DNA of 64,000 nt. Origin: Nannocystales bacterium (GTDB lineage: Bacteria; Myxococcota_A; Polyangia; Nannocystales; Nannocystaceae). How positions within the stretch are numbered: position 1 is the stretch's first letter; the number at the start of each line of letters is the position of its first letter. Positions 47,383-57,350 of the stretch are shown here, piece by piece. The stretch is from the NCBI GenBank assembly GCA_050633305.1, contig JBOEGF010000010.1:576001-640000 (forward strand). The letters are read 5' to 3'. Below the pieces are notes generated by a model. It worked only from the letters and a program-made list of their open reading frames with translations, was not told the origin of the DNA and made no database searches. The position numbers and the translations under genes are program-made.

Positions 47383-48000
47383 ATGCACACACGCAGTGCT
47401 TCTGAACGACTCCTGGGCGCCAAGAAGACGGCCCCGCGGCTCATGATTGGTGCCGTGAAGCTTGGGCTGGTGGCTCTCTTGCCGGCCTGCGGACCAGTGC
47501 GAGGCGACCCTGACTCGTCCGCCGAATCCGGAGGGACGTCGGGAACGACGCATCCCTCTAGACAAGACACCGGGTCGACCTCCCATCCGACTCCGGAGCG
47601 GGCCTCGAGCACGGCGGCGTCGGTCTCGACTACAGAGGAAGCCGGGTCGACCGGGGACGGGTCCTTCGATGTGGGGGATCGGCAAGCCCCGGAATTCTCC
47701 GACGATGTGTGGCCTCTGCTCAAGGGACGCTGCAGCTGCCACGTCGGTTTTGCAGCGGGAGGCCTGCGACTGGCCGACGAGAGCGCCTACGAGACCTTGG
47801 TCGATGGAGATTCGCTCGATACGGACCTCGCCCTCGTCGAACCAGGAAGCCTCGAGAAGAGCTACCTGTGGCGAAAACTAGTCGGCCAGCAAGCAGGGGT
47901 TGGGGGCGATGGAGTTCGTATGCCGATGAGCGGGACGCCATTGACCGATGAGGAACTCACGACAATCGAAGGCTGGATCGTCGCGGGTGCGCCTCTGTAG
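47383..48000 (+). CDS. Cytochrome c-like lipoprotein (CSCH...RMP)
   Basis: LLPAC lipobox; F..DVWPLL..RCSCH, LVEPG..EKSYL..KL, RMP, L..IEGWI..GA; start may be 47443. Confidence 0.7.
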   Translation: MHTRSASERLLGAKKTAPRLMIGAVKLGLVALLPACGPVRGDPDSSAESGGTSGTTHPSRQDTGSTSHPTPERASSTAASVSTTEEAGSTGDGSFDVGDRQAPEFSDDVWPLLKGRCSCHVGFAAGGLRLADESAYETLVDGDSLDTDLALVEPGSLEKSYLWRKLVGQQAGVGGDGVRMPMSGTPLTDEELTTIEGWIVAGAPL

Positions 48001-48234
48001 CCTCGTGTGTTGAATCGGCCATTCGGATCAATGTGTAGCGAACAGCCCATGAATTGTGGCGGGTCCTCCGCATGCCTTCGCGCCGTCGCGCGGGGTCGAG
48101 AAACCCCACCGGACCATGGAGGACCCGGGGCCCTTTCTACGATCTTTCGGCGCCGGCTCTCACGGGGTCGGCAAAAAAGGGGGCCATGGCCAACCGTCCT
48201 TCAAAAAAATGGGGTCGGAAGGCGACAGGGGTGC

Positions 48235-48263
48235 GTGACAAGTTCACCGCATCCGCCACAATC
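48235..48263 (+). promoter_or_regulatory. Putative autoregulated ECF promoter GTGACA-N17-ACAATC
   Basis: GTGACAAG...CGCCACAATC about 20 nt upstream of the ECF gene; near-copy at 50927. Confidence 0.55.
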
Positions 48264-48283
48264 AAGCAGAGGGAAGGGCGCGG

Positions 48284-48964
48284 GTGATGACGGCAACTGG
48301 CAAGCACCGGGTGAATGGAGTTCCAACGGACGATGAGCTGCTGGACAGCTGGCTTTCGGGTGACGAGGACGCCAGGGAGCGGTTGCTGGGCCGTCACTAC
48401 TCAAGCGTGAGGCGCTTCTTCGAATCGCAGAGCCCCTCGTCCGCGGCTGACCTCACCCAGTGCACGATGATTGCGTGTGTGTCGGCGATCCGCACCTTCG
48501 AGCGTCGGTCCAGTTTTCGTACCTTCTTGTACGCGATCGCGCGGCGGAAGCTTGCTTACTTTCGCCGCCGCGAATCACAGCGAAGACCAAAAACGGTCTT
48601 TAATGAAGACGAGTACGAGCGACCTTCCATGACGACGCCGAGTCGTGTCGTCGCCGGACGCGAGGAGCATCGTCTGTTGATGTATGCATTGACGCAGATT
48701 CCCAGCGATCAGCGCGTTGCGTTCGAACTGTTCTACTGGGAGGCAATGTCCAATCGAGAGGTTGCCGAGCGGCTGAATGTGAAGATCACGACCGTGACGA
48801 CGCGGCTCTCTCGAGCCCGAAAGAGCATTCAGGAGCGCATTTCGGACATGCGCCCATCGGAGTTCGTCTCGCATCGCCTGATGGGGGACCTCGGCGGATG
48901 GATGCAGTCGTTGCGAGTCGTGGGCATGACCGCGTCTTCAGATGGCAGAACCCGGGGAGGGTGA
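48284..48964 (+). CDS. ECF sigma-70 factor
   Basis: DDELL..W..GD, DLTQ, SSFRTFLYAIAR, FELFYWE.MS..EVA..L......TRLSRAR. Confidence 0.92.
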   Translation: MMTATGKHRVNGVPTDDELLDSWLSGDEDARERLLGRHYSSVRRFFESQSPSSAADLTQCTMIACVSAIRTFERRSSFRTFLYAIARRKLAYFRRRESQRRPKTVFNEDEYERPSMTTPSRVVAGREEHRLLMYALTQIPSDQRVAFELFYWEAMSNREVAERLNVKITTVTTRLSRARKSIQERISDMRPSEFVSHRLMGDLGGWMQSLRVVGMTASSDGRTRGG

Positions 48965-49230
48965 GGCGGCCTCCACAGGCCGCGTCACGGCCGGATGGCG
49001 GAGTCCTTTCTGTAGTCGAGCTGCGTGCTCTCGTGCTCGATCGGTGTTGGTAATGGGTGCTGTCCCCTTTGTTGGGGTGGTGCCCATTGCCAATTTGAAT
49101 GAGGCTTGCGAGGCGCTCTTGTGAAGAATAGGCTTACATCGAAGTCGGTTCGGATACCCGTGCTTCGCTGCGTCTTTTGTATTCCTCCCCTCTTGATCCG
49201 TTTGGTCATCAGGGGCACCCTGAATTTGCT

Positions 49231-50757
49231 ATGGGCGCACAACTGTCGAGCCTCCTTGAAGAGCCGAAACGGGTGGGGCCGTATACGCTGATCCAGAAAC
49301 TGGGGCAAGGGGGGATGGCGGAGGTCTACCTCGCTTGCAAAACCGGGGCTTCGGGCTCTCGCGAGTTCGTTGCGGTGAAGGTCATCCTCCCGCATCTCCG
49401 CTCCCATCCCGAGTTCGAGAAGATGTTGGTTCGAGAGGCTGCCATTGCCGCGAACCTCGACCATCCGAACATCGTCAGGGATATTGGGTATTCCGGCAGC
49501 ATGCACTACATCGCGATGGAATACGTCGACGGTGAGCCTCTGCGTGCTCTCATGAGGAAGGCATTTGAAAGTGGCTCCGTGCCCCTGGGGACCTCCTTGA
49601 GCATCTTCTACGCGTTGTGTCGGGCGCTGCATCGTGCACATGAGGCAAGGGATGAGCGTGGGCGACCTTTAGGCATCGTTCATCGCGATGTTACGCCGTC
49701 CAATGTGTTGATCGAATACGACGGTACGGTGAAACTCGCCGACTTCGGAATCGCCAAGACGACCGCTCGAGTGCGTACGACGATCGGGGGGAGTCTCAAG
49801 GGGAAGGTCGGCTACATTTCGCCCGAGCAATGCCGATGCGAACAACTGGACCGGCGCTCTGATGTGTTCAGTCTTGGGGTGCTTCTCTACGAACTCACGG
49901 TGGGGCGACGGATGTTTACCGCCGCCAACGAGTTCGCCGTGATGGGGAAACTCCTCCGGGGAGAGTTCCCGCGACCACGGGACACTGCGGCTGGCTACCC
50001 GACGCTGCTCGACACGATCGTTGCCAAAGCGACGGCGGTTGAACCCAGGAACCGTTATCAGACCGCGGCGGAGTTCGGGGCCGCGATCGCGGAATTCTCC
50101 GCAGACCATGCGATAGAGCTTTCGCCGGCGGCCGTCCGCCGAGCGATGGACCACTACTTTCCCCCGGTCTTCCGAACCCCTGTGGAGTGGTTGGCAGCAC
50201 GGGCCGAGGAGGACCTGGACGGAGATGAGCACGCCAAGACTACGAAATACTCAGTCGCGCTGGCTCGTGACAAACGAGTGGAGCAGTATGCCGCCGCTGT
50301 CACTAGGGTCGAGGAGTCCGTGGAGCAGAACGCAGCCCGGAGCCGCCCGATCGTGTCCAGGCCCCGGAGGCACCCCGCTTGGCTCTGGATGCTCGGCGGG
50401 GTCGCACTGGCGCTGGGCTCGAGCGGCGGAACTGCATTGGCGTTGCGCCCAGCATCAACGGATGTGAAGACGGAAGTGCCGACCACGGGCGAATCGATGT
50501 CGCTCGACTCACCTTCACCCTCGCGGTCTTCCTTTGCCTCTTCCTCCCCCGGCTCGGGGAACGTGGGGAGGTTGCAGGCCGCGGGCTCGGGTGCTGAACT
50601 GCTGGTACTCGCGGAAGATGAGCATGCATCCAAGCGGGGCAACAAGAGCTTTGCCAGGAACGCTCGCAAGCGTCGAGCTCGGTCGCGGAAGAAGGCCGCC
50701 GACCGAAAGCGCGGCGCCCCGAGCAAGACTCGTCGCGTGATGCGGTCTGCGAAGTAG
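49231..50757 (+). CDS. Ser/Thr protein kinase with TM
   Basis: LGQGGMAEVY, VAVK, HRDVTPSN, DFGIAK, GKVGYISPEQ. Confidence 0.95.
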   Translation: MGAQLSSLLEEPKRVGPYTLIQKLGQGGMAEVYLACKTGASGSREFVAVKVILPHLRSHPEFEKMLVREAAIAANLDHPNIVRDIGYSGSMHYIAMEYVDGEPLRALMRKAFESGSVPLGTSLSIFYALCRALHRAHEARDERGRPLGIVHRDVTPSNVLIEYDGTVKLADFGIAKTTARVRTTIGGSLKGKVGYISPEQCRCEQLDRRSDVFSLGVLLYELTVGRRMFTAANEFAVMGKLLRGEFPRPRDTAAGYPTLLDTIVAKATAVEPRNRYQTAAEFGAAIAEFSADHAIELSPAAVRRAMDHYFPPVFRTPVEWLAARAEEDLDGDEHAKTTKYSVALARDKRVEQYAAAVTRVEESVEQNAARSRPIVSRPRRHPAWLWMLGGVALALGSSGGTALALRPASTDVKTEVPTTGESMSLDSPSPSRSSFASSSPGSGNVGRLQAAGSGAELLVLAEDEHASKRGNKSFARNARKRRARSRKKAADRKRGAPSKTRRVMRSAK

Positions 50758-50926
50758 AGGCGACGCGGCACGTCGTAAGGGAAGGAATTCCAGTACCGCA
50801 GAAAGGCGCATGGATCTCAAAGAGGTCCGTGCGCCTTTCTGGGTTTCGTCTACACCGTAATCCTCCGGACTACGCGGACTCTCAGCGCGGCAGTGCTGGT
50901 CGCCGAAAACAACTCTCCGCAGCTTT

Positions 50927-50955
50927 GTGACAAGGCACCCTGCTTCGCCACTACC
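50927..50955 (+). promoter_or_regulatory. Putative ECF promoter GTGACA-N17-ACTACC
   Basis: GTGACAAG...CGCCACTACC upstream of the cytochrome c gene pair. Confidence 0.55.
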
Positions 50956-51013
50956 CAAGAGACGAGCTGGAAGGGCGAATGGACGCCACCAGGCGCCAAG
51001 GGAGTACGGACGA

Positions 51014-52825
51014 ATGAAACGCATTGCTGAGAAGCTATTCCTCGTGCCGGTGTGCGGCGTGATCCTCATCCCCGGCTGCAGGCCGGTCAGATACGAAGGC
51101 GAGAGAAGCACCGATGAGGGGGAAAACTCCTCTCGGGGGGAGGACGGCCCCGGCGATGCATCCGGAGAAGATGGCGGCGACGCCCCGACGGACTCTGGCT
51201 GGGATGACGATGCGTCAACAGGGGGAGGCGACCCAGGGTCCTGTGACACGGAGAAACAGTGGGCCATGGGCTTTCTCTCGACACACTGCGGCGCGTGCCA
51301 TGCTGGCGGGGCCAGTCAAGGAAACTTTGACTACGTCGATGACTTCAATCAGTTGCTCTCGAGTGGGAAGATCGTCGCTGGGGACGCCGCAGCCTCTGTG
51401 TTGTTCGCTCGCATCGACGCCGGCTCGATGCCGCCGCAGGGGATTGAGCCTCAGCCCAATGCGGACCAAGTCGCTCGGTTGGGTGACTTTATCGACGTTT
51501 GCACGGATGGCGGTCAGGATCTCGACTGCGACAACGAAGTCATCGGAAATCTCGAGCTGCTGCGGGAGATACAGGACGACATTACGTTCGTTGACACCGA
51601 CGACCGGCCGTTTACACGATATCTGACGCTCACGCACCTGCACAACGCAGGGCTGTGCGGCGAGGACCTGCAAGCATACCGCGACGCGACAGCCAAGCTC
51701 GTCAATGCTCTCTCAACCGAGGCGATCATCGAGGCTCCTGTTGCCATTGACGCGGCGGAGACGATCTTCCGCATCGACCTTCGTGACTACGGGTGGGATC
51801 AACCCGTCGGGGCATTTTCAGACAAATGGGAGGCGCTCGTGGACTCCAGTCCCTATGCGTTCGAGCGTCTCGAGGACGAAGCCGAAACCATCAAGGTGTT
51901 GATCGAGACGTCGATCCCGATGCTCCAGGCGGACGCCTTCATCGACATCGCATCGCAGCCCCCACTGTACCACGACCTCGCAGGGGTCCCCGATACTCTC
52001 CAGGAGCTCGAGCAGCTCCTTGCATTGAACATTGAGGACAATGTTTTCGATGAGGAGGTTGTCCGATCCGGACTGCTCGACTCTGGTGTCTCTCGGCAAA
52101 ATCGCATCATCGAACGCCACGAAATCCCGTTGGCCGCAAACCGAGTGATGTGGGTCAGCTACGACTTCGAAGACGACAGCCTGGAAGAGCAGAATATTTT
52201 CGCGAGTCCGCTGGACTTCCAGGAAGCCGGCGGCGAAGTCATTTTCAGCCTACCCAACGGGCTGCATGCGTACATGCTCACGGATGCTGCAGGAAACCGG
52301 CTGGACGTGGCTCCTGACGCGATCGTCACCGACCCCTCTCAGGAGGACCAGAACGTTCGAAACGGAATCTCTTGTTTCGGGTGTCACCCGCAGCTCCTTC
52401 CCGCGCTGGACTCGGTGAGGGACTACGTGCTCACCGGAGTTGAGTTCGACGCTCAAACCAAAGATACGGTGGACCGAATCTACCCCGTTCAGTCGGAGGT
52501 CGACGAGATTATCCAGGCCGACACCACGGCGTTCCAAGGAGCGGTGTCTGCGACAGGGGTCGACCCTGGTCTCACGCTCGAGCCCATCTCGGACACCTTT
52601 GCTCGGTTCCAACTCAACGTCAGCCTCGAGGTCGCCGCAGCCGAACTTGGCATCGCCCCCGCGACTCTCGCAACCCAGCTTGGGGGACTCGAGCCGGCCT
52701 TGTCTCCGTTGGTCAACAGCACCATCAAACGCGATACATGGACTTCGCTGTTTGCGAACACTGTGTGTCGTCTCAAGCTCGGCCTCGCCGACGACCCACA
52801 GTGTGCCGTCGTCGAAGAAGAGTAG
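51014..52825 (+). CDS. Di-heme cytochrome c-domain lipoprotein, paralog 1
   Basis: IPGC lipobox; CGACH...MPP and CFGCH. Confidence 0.8.
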   Translation: MKRIAEKLFLVPVCGVILIPGCRPVRYEGERSTDEGENSSRGEDGPGDASGEDGGDAPTDSGWDDDASTGGGDPGSCDTEKQWAMGFLSTHCGACHAGGASQGNFDYVDDFNQLLSSGKIVAGDAAASVLFARIDAGSMPPQGIEPQPNADQVARLGDFIDVCTDGGQDLDCDNEVIGNLELLREIQDDITFVDTDDRPFTRYLTLTHLHNAGLCGEDLQAYRDATAKLVNALSTEAIIEAPVAIDAAETIFRIDLRDYGWDQPVGAFSDKWEALVDSSPYAFERLEDEAETIKVLIETSIPMLQADAFIDIASQPPLYHDLAGVPDTLQELEQLLALNIEDNVFDEEVVRSGLLDSGVSRQNRIIERHEIPLAANRVMWVSYDFEDDSLEEQNIFASPLDFQEAGGEVIFSLPNGLHAYMLTDAAGNRLDVAPDAIVTDPSQEDQNVRNGISCFGCHPQLLPALDSVRDYVLTGVEFDAQTKDTVDRIYPVQSEVDEIIQADTTAFQGAVSATGVDPGLTLEPISDTFARFQLNVSLEVAAAELGIAPATLATQLGGLEPALSPLVNSTIKRDTWTSLFANTVCRLKLGLADDPQCAVVEEE

Positions 52826-52861
52826 CCAAAGCGAACCACCGCCTTTCACGGAGCCGAGACC

Positions 52862-54970
52862 ATGACCGTACGAGTCCTCCCCCCCTACCACCTCTCACTG
52901 TGTGCGTTGGCCTTCGCCCCTGGCTGCTACGCGGGTATCGCCACGGGCGCCCCGGAGGGGGAGACTGCGGCGGAGGGCAACACCGACATCGAGGCCGAAG
53001 ATGCGGACGAGACAGGTGGTGAGACGGGGAGGGGAGATGAGCCCCCTCCCGCTCCGCCTCCTGCAGCCGAGGTCAACTGCACGCAGGAGACTTCGTGGAC
53101 CGTGGACTTCCTGGCGGAAAACTGCGGTGGGTGTCATGGCGGGGAAGGCTCAGCACAAGGCAATTTCGACGATGTGACCGACCTGGCTCGGCTCGTCGAG
53201 AGCGGCAAGGTTGTCCCTGGGGACCCGAGCGCTTCTCCCTTGTTCGCGCTGGTCGACAGCGGTGCCATGCCCCCTGCGAGCGTGTCCGAGCGCCCGAGCG
53301 CGGAGCAGCTGGATCGCTTGGCTGATTTCATCACCGAGTGTGCCGCCGCGCCTCCGGGGCAGTGCCAAGGGAACGAGCCCATCGATGTCTATGAAACGCT
53401 GGAGCTGATCTCGTCGGACATCGTCGGCGTTGATGCGGACGACCGTCCCTTCGTTCGGTACTTGACGTTGGGGCACTTGCACGCGGCCGGATACTGTGAC
53501 GACGAGATCGAGGTTTTCCGAGCAGCGATGGCGAAGCTGCTCAACGCTTTGTCCACCGAGGTCGGGGTCGAGGTCCCCGTGCCGCTCGACGACGCGCGAA
53601 CGATCTATCGCATCGACCTGCGAGACTACGGCTGGGAGAGACCCATCGGCGGATTCTCGAACAAATGGGAGGCGCTCATAAACGCGACGCCCTACGCGCT
53701 CGAGCGGCTCGAGGACAGCGCCCGGTTGATTCAGCAGTTCACGGGAACCACGGTGCCGATCCTGATGGCGGACGCCATGCTCGACGTTGCGGCCCAACCT
53801 CCTCTGTACCATGATCTGGTCGACGCTCCGACGTCGCTGGCCGACCTCGAAAACCGCTTCGGTATCGACATCTCGGACAACATCGAGGAACTCGATGTGG
53901 CACGCGCTGGCGTACAGGACTCGGATGTCTCGCACCAGAACCGTGTCGTGGAGCGACACGAGCTCGGCACCGGTCAGGGGCAAACCGTCTGGATCGCGTA
54001 CGACTTCGACGACGACAGCGAGGTGGACACGAACATCTTTACCGCCCCGCTCGATTTTGACGCCGTGTTGCTGGAGGTCATCTACTCACTCCCCAATGGG
54101 TCACACGGCTATCTGTTGCTTGATGGCAATGGGGACCGAGTGGATGTTGGCCGCAACGAGATCGCGAGCGACCCACTGCAAGACGACCGAAAGCTTCGCT
54201 CAGGTATCTCCTGCATCGGGTGTCACACCAGCATTCTCGTCGCCGAGGATGTCGTGCGGGAGCACGTGCTGGGGGGCGTCGAGTTCGATGCGCAAGCCAA
54301 GGATGATATTGCCGAGATCTACCTACCTACGTACGAATTCGTCGAGCTGCAGGAGCAAGACAGCCAAGCCTACCACATCAGTCTCACACGGGCGGAGGTC
54401 GACGTCTCCGAACCCGTCGAGCCTGTCTCCGCGAGCTACACCCAGCATCGCCGCAACGTGGATCTCAAGCGAGCTGCGGCCGAACTGGGGATCTCTGATA
54501 CGACGTTGTTGACCAACCTCGGACGGCTGAGTCCAGTGTTGGGGCCTCTTGCGACGGGGTCGGTCAAGCGCGACACTTGGACGGCGAGGTTTCCCGAGAC
54601 CGTTTGCTTGCTGAGGCTAGGGCTCGCCGACGACCCTGCCTGTGCGGGGGTGGGGGAGGGAGACGGAGTCCCTGGCACCGCCGGTGAAGGGGCCGACCCG
54701 TACGGGGACTGCGCGAACAGTGCGGCGACCATCTGCGGGCCAGACGCGTTCTGTTTGGACACGCCCGACTTCGGAGTCTGTTCCCCGGTCCCATGCGAGT
54801 CCGCCGCGGACTGCCCCGACGCACCCATTGATGCGGACGCCGAGCTTTCATGCCAGGACACGCTTGGAGTGGGGTTCAACTCCTGCGTTCTCGATTGTCG
54901 TGTGGGTCAGGTATGCCCGGGCGGGATGTCCTGCGTGGCCAACTCGTTCTGCGTATTCCAGCGACAGTAA
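52862..54970 (+). CDS. Di-heme cytochrome c-domain lipoprotein, paralog 2, with Cys-rich tail
   Basis: APGC lipobox; CGGCH...MPP and CIGCH; shares RYLTL.HLH, RIDLRDYGW, QNR..ERH and SLPNG with paralog 1. Confidence 0.8.
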   Translation: MTVRVLPPYHLSLCALAFAPGCYAGIATGAPEGETAAEGNTDIEAEDADETGGETGRGDEPPPAPPPAAEVNCTQETSWTVDFLAENCGGCHGGEGSAQGNFDDVTDLARLVESGKVVPGDPSASPLFALVDSGAMPPASVSERPSAEQLDRLADFITECAAAPPGQCQGNEPIDVYETLELISSDIVGVDADDRPFVRYLTLGHLHAAGYCDDEIEVFRAAMAKLLNALSTEVGVEVPVPLDDARTIYRIDLRDYGWERPIGGFSNKWEALINATPYALERLEDSARLIQQFTGTTVPILMADAMLDVAAQPPLYHDLVDAPTSLADLENRFGIDISDNIEELDVARAGVQDSDVSHQNRVVERHELGTGQGQTVWIAYDFDDDSEVDTNIFTAPLDFDAVLLEVIYSLPNGSHGYLLLDGNGDRVDVGRNEIASDPLQDDRKLRSGISCIGCHTSILVAEDVVREHVLGGVEFDAQAKDDIAEIYLPTYEFVELQEQDSQAYHISLTRAEVDVSEPVEPVSASYTQHRRNVDLKRAAAELGISDTTLLTNLGRLSPVLGPLATGSVKRDTWTARFPETVCLLRLGLADDPACAGVGEGDGVPGTAGEGADPYGDCANSAATICGPDAFCLDTPDFGVCSPVPCESAADCPDAPIDADAELSCQDTLGVGFNSCVLDCRVGQVCPGGMSCVANSFCVFQRQ

Positions 54971-54975
54971 GGACG

Positions 54976-56307
54976 ATGGGCGCACAAATGCATCACTGCG
55001 TCAGCATCCTGGGGCTCTGGAGCCTCATGGGGTGTGTGGAAATCGAACCCTCTCAGGGGCCGTTCGGGTGGAGCTCGGGTACCGGGGAGCCTCCAGACAC
55101 GACGATGTCAGATGCCTCGGACTTCGATGAGCAACCGGGGGACATGCCCGCACGGCTCGATGTTTCGGCGGGCGGTGCCCCCGCGGGACAGGCCTGCACG
55201 GGCGTGTCGTCCGAGACGTACGCGCACATCTGGATTGCGAACTCGCCCCAAGGAACGGTATCGAAAATCGACACCCGCACGGGGGCGGAACAGGGGCGAT
55301 ACTACACGGGCCCCTCGATGGGGATCGACAATCCGTCTCGAACGTCGGTCGGCCTCGCGGGAGACGTCGTGGTCGCGAACCGACTTGGCAGTGTTGTGAG
55401 CGTCGCCGCCGACCGCGAACGCTGCATCGACCGGAACGGCAACGGTGTCATCGAGACTTCAGGGGGCGCAACCGACGTGCTGCGCTGGGGGGAGGACGAG
55501 TGCGTACGGTGGAACAGCTTCCTCTCCACCGACGCCGACTCGACCCACGGTCCGCGCCCCGTCGGGTGGGATATCGGCGAAGGTGATGACCCCTGTGATG
55601 TCTCCGATGACCGCGTCTGGGTGGGATGGTTCGACCACCACACGAACACGGGCCGCTTCGAGAGGCGCGATGGGACCGACGGTGCCCTGCTCGACGAAGT
55701 CTCGGTCGAGGAGTGGGATGCAAGCCGTTCCAGCAACTTCGGGCCGTACGGCGGGGCTGTGGACGGCGACGGCAACTTCTGGGTCCTTGGTCTGTTCGGC
55801 CCCATCGTGAAGATCGACGGTCAGACCCTCGAGGTCTCGCGCTGGGAGGTTCCGTCGGGAACGTCCCCTTACGGCCTGGCGCTGGATGAAGACGGTCACC
55901 CGTGGCTCGCGGGCTACGACGGCAACGTCCTTCATCTCGACCCCGAGCTCGGTTGGAGTGAGCCGATCCTGGTTGGAGATGGTCGCCGATTACGGGGGCT
56001 GCAGGTCGATCAAGAAGGTCAGGCTTGGATCGCGGCCAACGACCCGTGCGGAGTCGTGATGGTCGACACCAAGACCAGCGCGCTCATCTACTCACAAATC
56101 GAGTTGCAGGACTGCCGCGAGCCGGTCGGGGTCAGCGTCGACATCGACGGCCAGGTCTGGCTGCCCGACTTCGGCGGGAACTCTGTCTACCGACTCGATC
56201 CTGACGAGCTGTCCACCGTACGAACCGTGGGCTTGCAGGGCCCGTACACCTATTCGGACATGACCGGGGCCGGGCTTCGCCTGGTCGCCCACCAACCCGT
56301 TGGCTGA
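54976..56307 (+). CDS. Vgb-like beta-propeller lipoprotein
   Basis: LMGC lipobox; IWIANS..GTVSKIDT, PSRTSV, YGGAVD, PYGLALD, PYTYSDMTG. Confidence 0.8.
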   Translation: MGAQMHHCVSILGLWSLMGCVEIEPSQGPFGWSSGTGEPPDTTMSDASDFDEQPGDMPARLDVSAGGAPAGQACTGVSSETYAHIWIANSPQGTVSKIDTRTGAEQGRYYTGPSMGIDNPSRTSVGLAGDVVVANRLGSVVSVAADRERCIDRNGNGVIETSGGATDVLRWGEDECVRWNSFLSTDADSTHGPRPVGWDIGEGDDPCDVSDDRVWVGWFDHHTNTGRFERRDGTDGALLDEVSVEEWDASRSSNFGPYGGAVDGDGNFWVLGLFGPIVKIDGQTLEVSRWEVPSGTSPYGLALDEDGHPWLAGYDGNVLHLDPELGWSEPILVGDGRRLRGLQVDQEGQAWIAANDPCGVVMVDTKTSALIYSQIELQDCREPVGVSVDIDGQVWLPDFGGNSVYRLDPDELSTVRTVGLQGPYTYSDMTGAGLRLVAHQPVG

Positions 56308-56339
56308 GCGAGAGCCTCGCGCTCGTGAGCGGTCCTGTT

Positions 56340-56475
56340 CGGTTCGCGGAGCTTGAACATCTGAAGCTGGCCCGTGGCGACGCACGGCAGGCTATCGAGC
56401 AGCTCGGCCGAGGTCGGGCATCGAGTCGTGGGGCATCTTCTCGCGGCAGAGCGAGATGAGGGGGTTCTCGTCGCG
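56340..56475 (-). pseudogene. Decayed copy of an acyl-CoA synthetase 3' end (direct repeat of about 42276-42410)
   Basis: cggttcgcggagcttgaac.tctgaagct.gcc.gtggcg... aligns by eye with about 10 mismatches in the first 82 nt, then a 1-nt indel. Confidence 0.75.
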
Positions 56476-56633
56476 TCAGGTCACTCGTCAGCCCCTCTGC
56501 CGGGGGGAACGGCGCCTCGCGAGCCAACGACGCTGGCTCGGAAGCCCCAGGCGGACCACAAGCCAGGATTGGGATCCTGTACCTCGGCTCGGAGGCTTGT
56601 TGAACACGGATTCATAGCGGGGTAAGGCAAGCC

Positions 56634-57287
56634 ATGGGCCTTGTGGTCAAACTGGTCATATTCGCGATCGTGGGCATCGCAGGGGCTGTGGCGGCACGAA
56701 GGATGGCTATCGCCGCCAAGGCTCCCATCTCGGATGACGAATGCGTCTCTTGTGGGTCGTCCGAGGTTCAGGTCCAGGGCGCCGGAGCGTATGTGTGCCT
56801 CGCGTGCGGCTACGAGGGAGGTTCAGGCCGGGCGGCACTCCACGAGCAGGCCCAGGCGGAGCGCTACGCGAACCTGAGCCCTCAGGCGCGTCAAGAGGCA
56901 GTGACCGACCACATCCGAACGGCTGCGCGCATTTTGTCGAACTACAACGAAGGTGTGGTTGTGGGCAACGTTGGCCTGGCAGCGGTGGGGCTCGACGAAT
57001 TCTCCCGGGACGAGGGTCTAGCCGCTGCAAGATCGACCGTCGCCGGTGACCTTTGCGCTGCTGCGGCGGAACTCAAGCTTGCCGCGCGGGTCGCGGGCGG
57101 TGAGATCGTGCTCGCCAACGGCCTGACCGTGGACGCGAAGGGCGTCGCGAAGTCCCTGCTCGAGGCGCAGGAAAAGATGCTCGCATCGGTCGCGATGATC
57201 TCGACCGCCGCAAACGCCGACTCCTACCTTCAGAAGGTGCTCGCTGGAATTCCTGACGTCTCCGCCGCGTCGAATCCCTCCGCATAG
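56634..57287 (+). CDS. Membrane-anchored zinc-ribbon protein
   Basis: N-terminal TM, then CVSC...CLACGY. Confidence 0.7.
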   Translation: MGLVVKLVIFAIVGIAGAVAARRMAIAAKAPISDDECVSCGSSEVQVQGAGAYVCLACGYEGGSGRAALHEQAQAERYANLSPQARQEAVTDHIRTAARILSNYNEGVVVGNVGLAAVGLDEFSRDEGLAAARSTVAGDLCAAAAELKLAARVAGGEIVLANGLTVDAKGVAKSLLEAQEKMLASVAMISTAANADSYLQKVLAGIPDVSAASNPSA

Positions 57288-57350
57288 CAACGAGGACGCC
57301 GGCGTCGTCGAGTCGCAGCTCACGCGTGGCCGTGACGGGCCCAGACCCGC

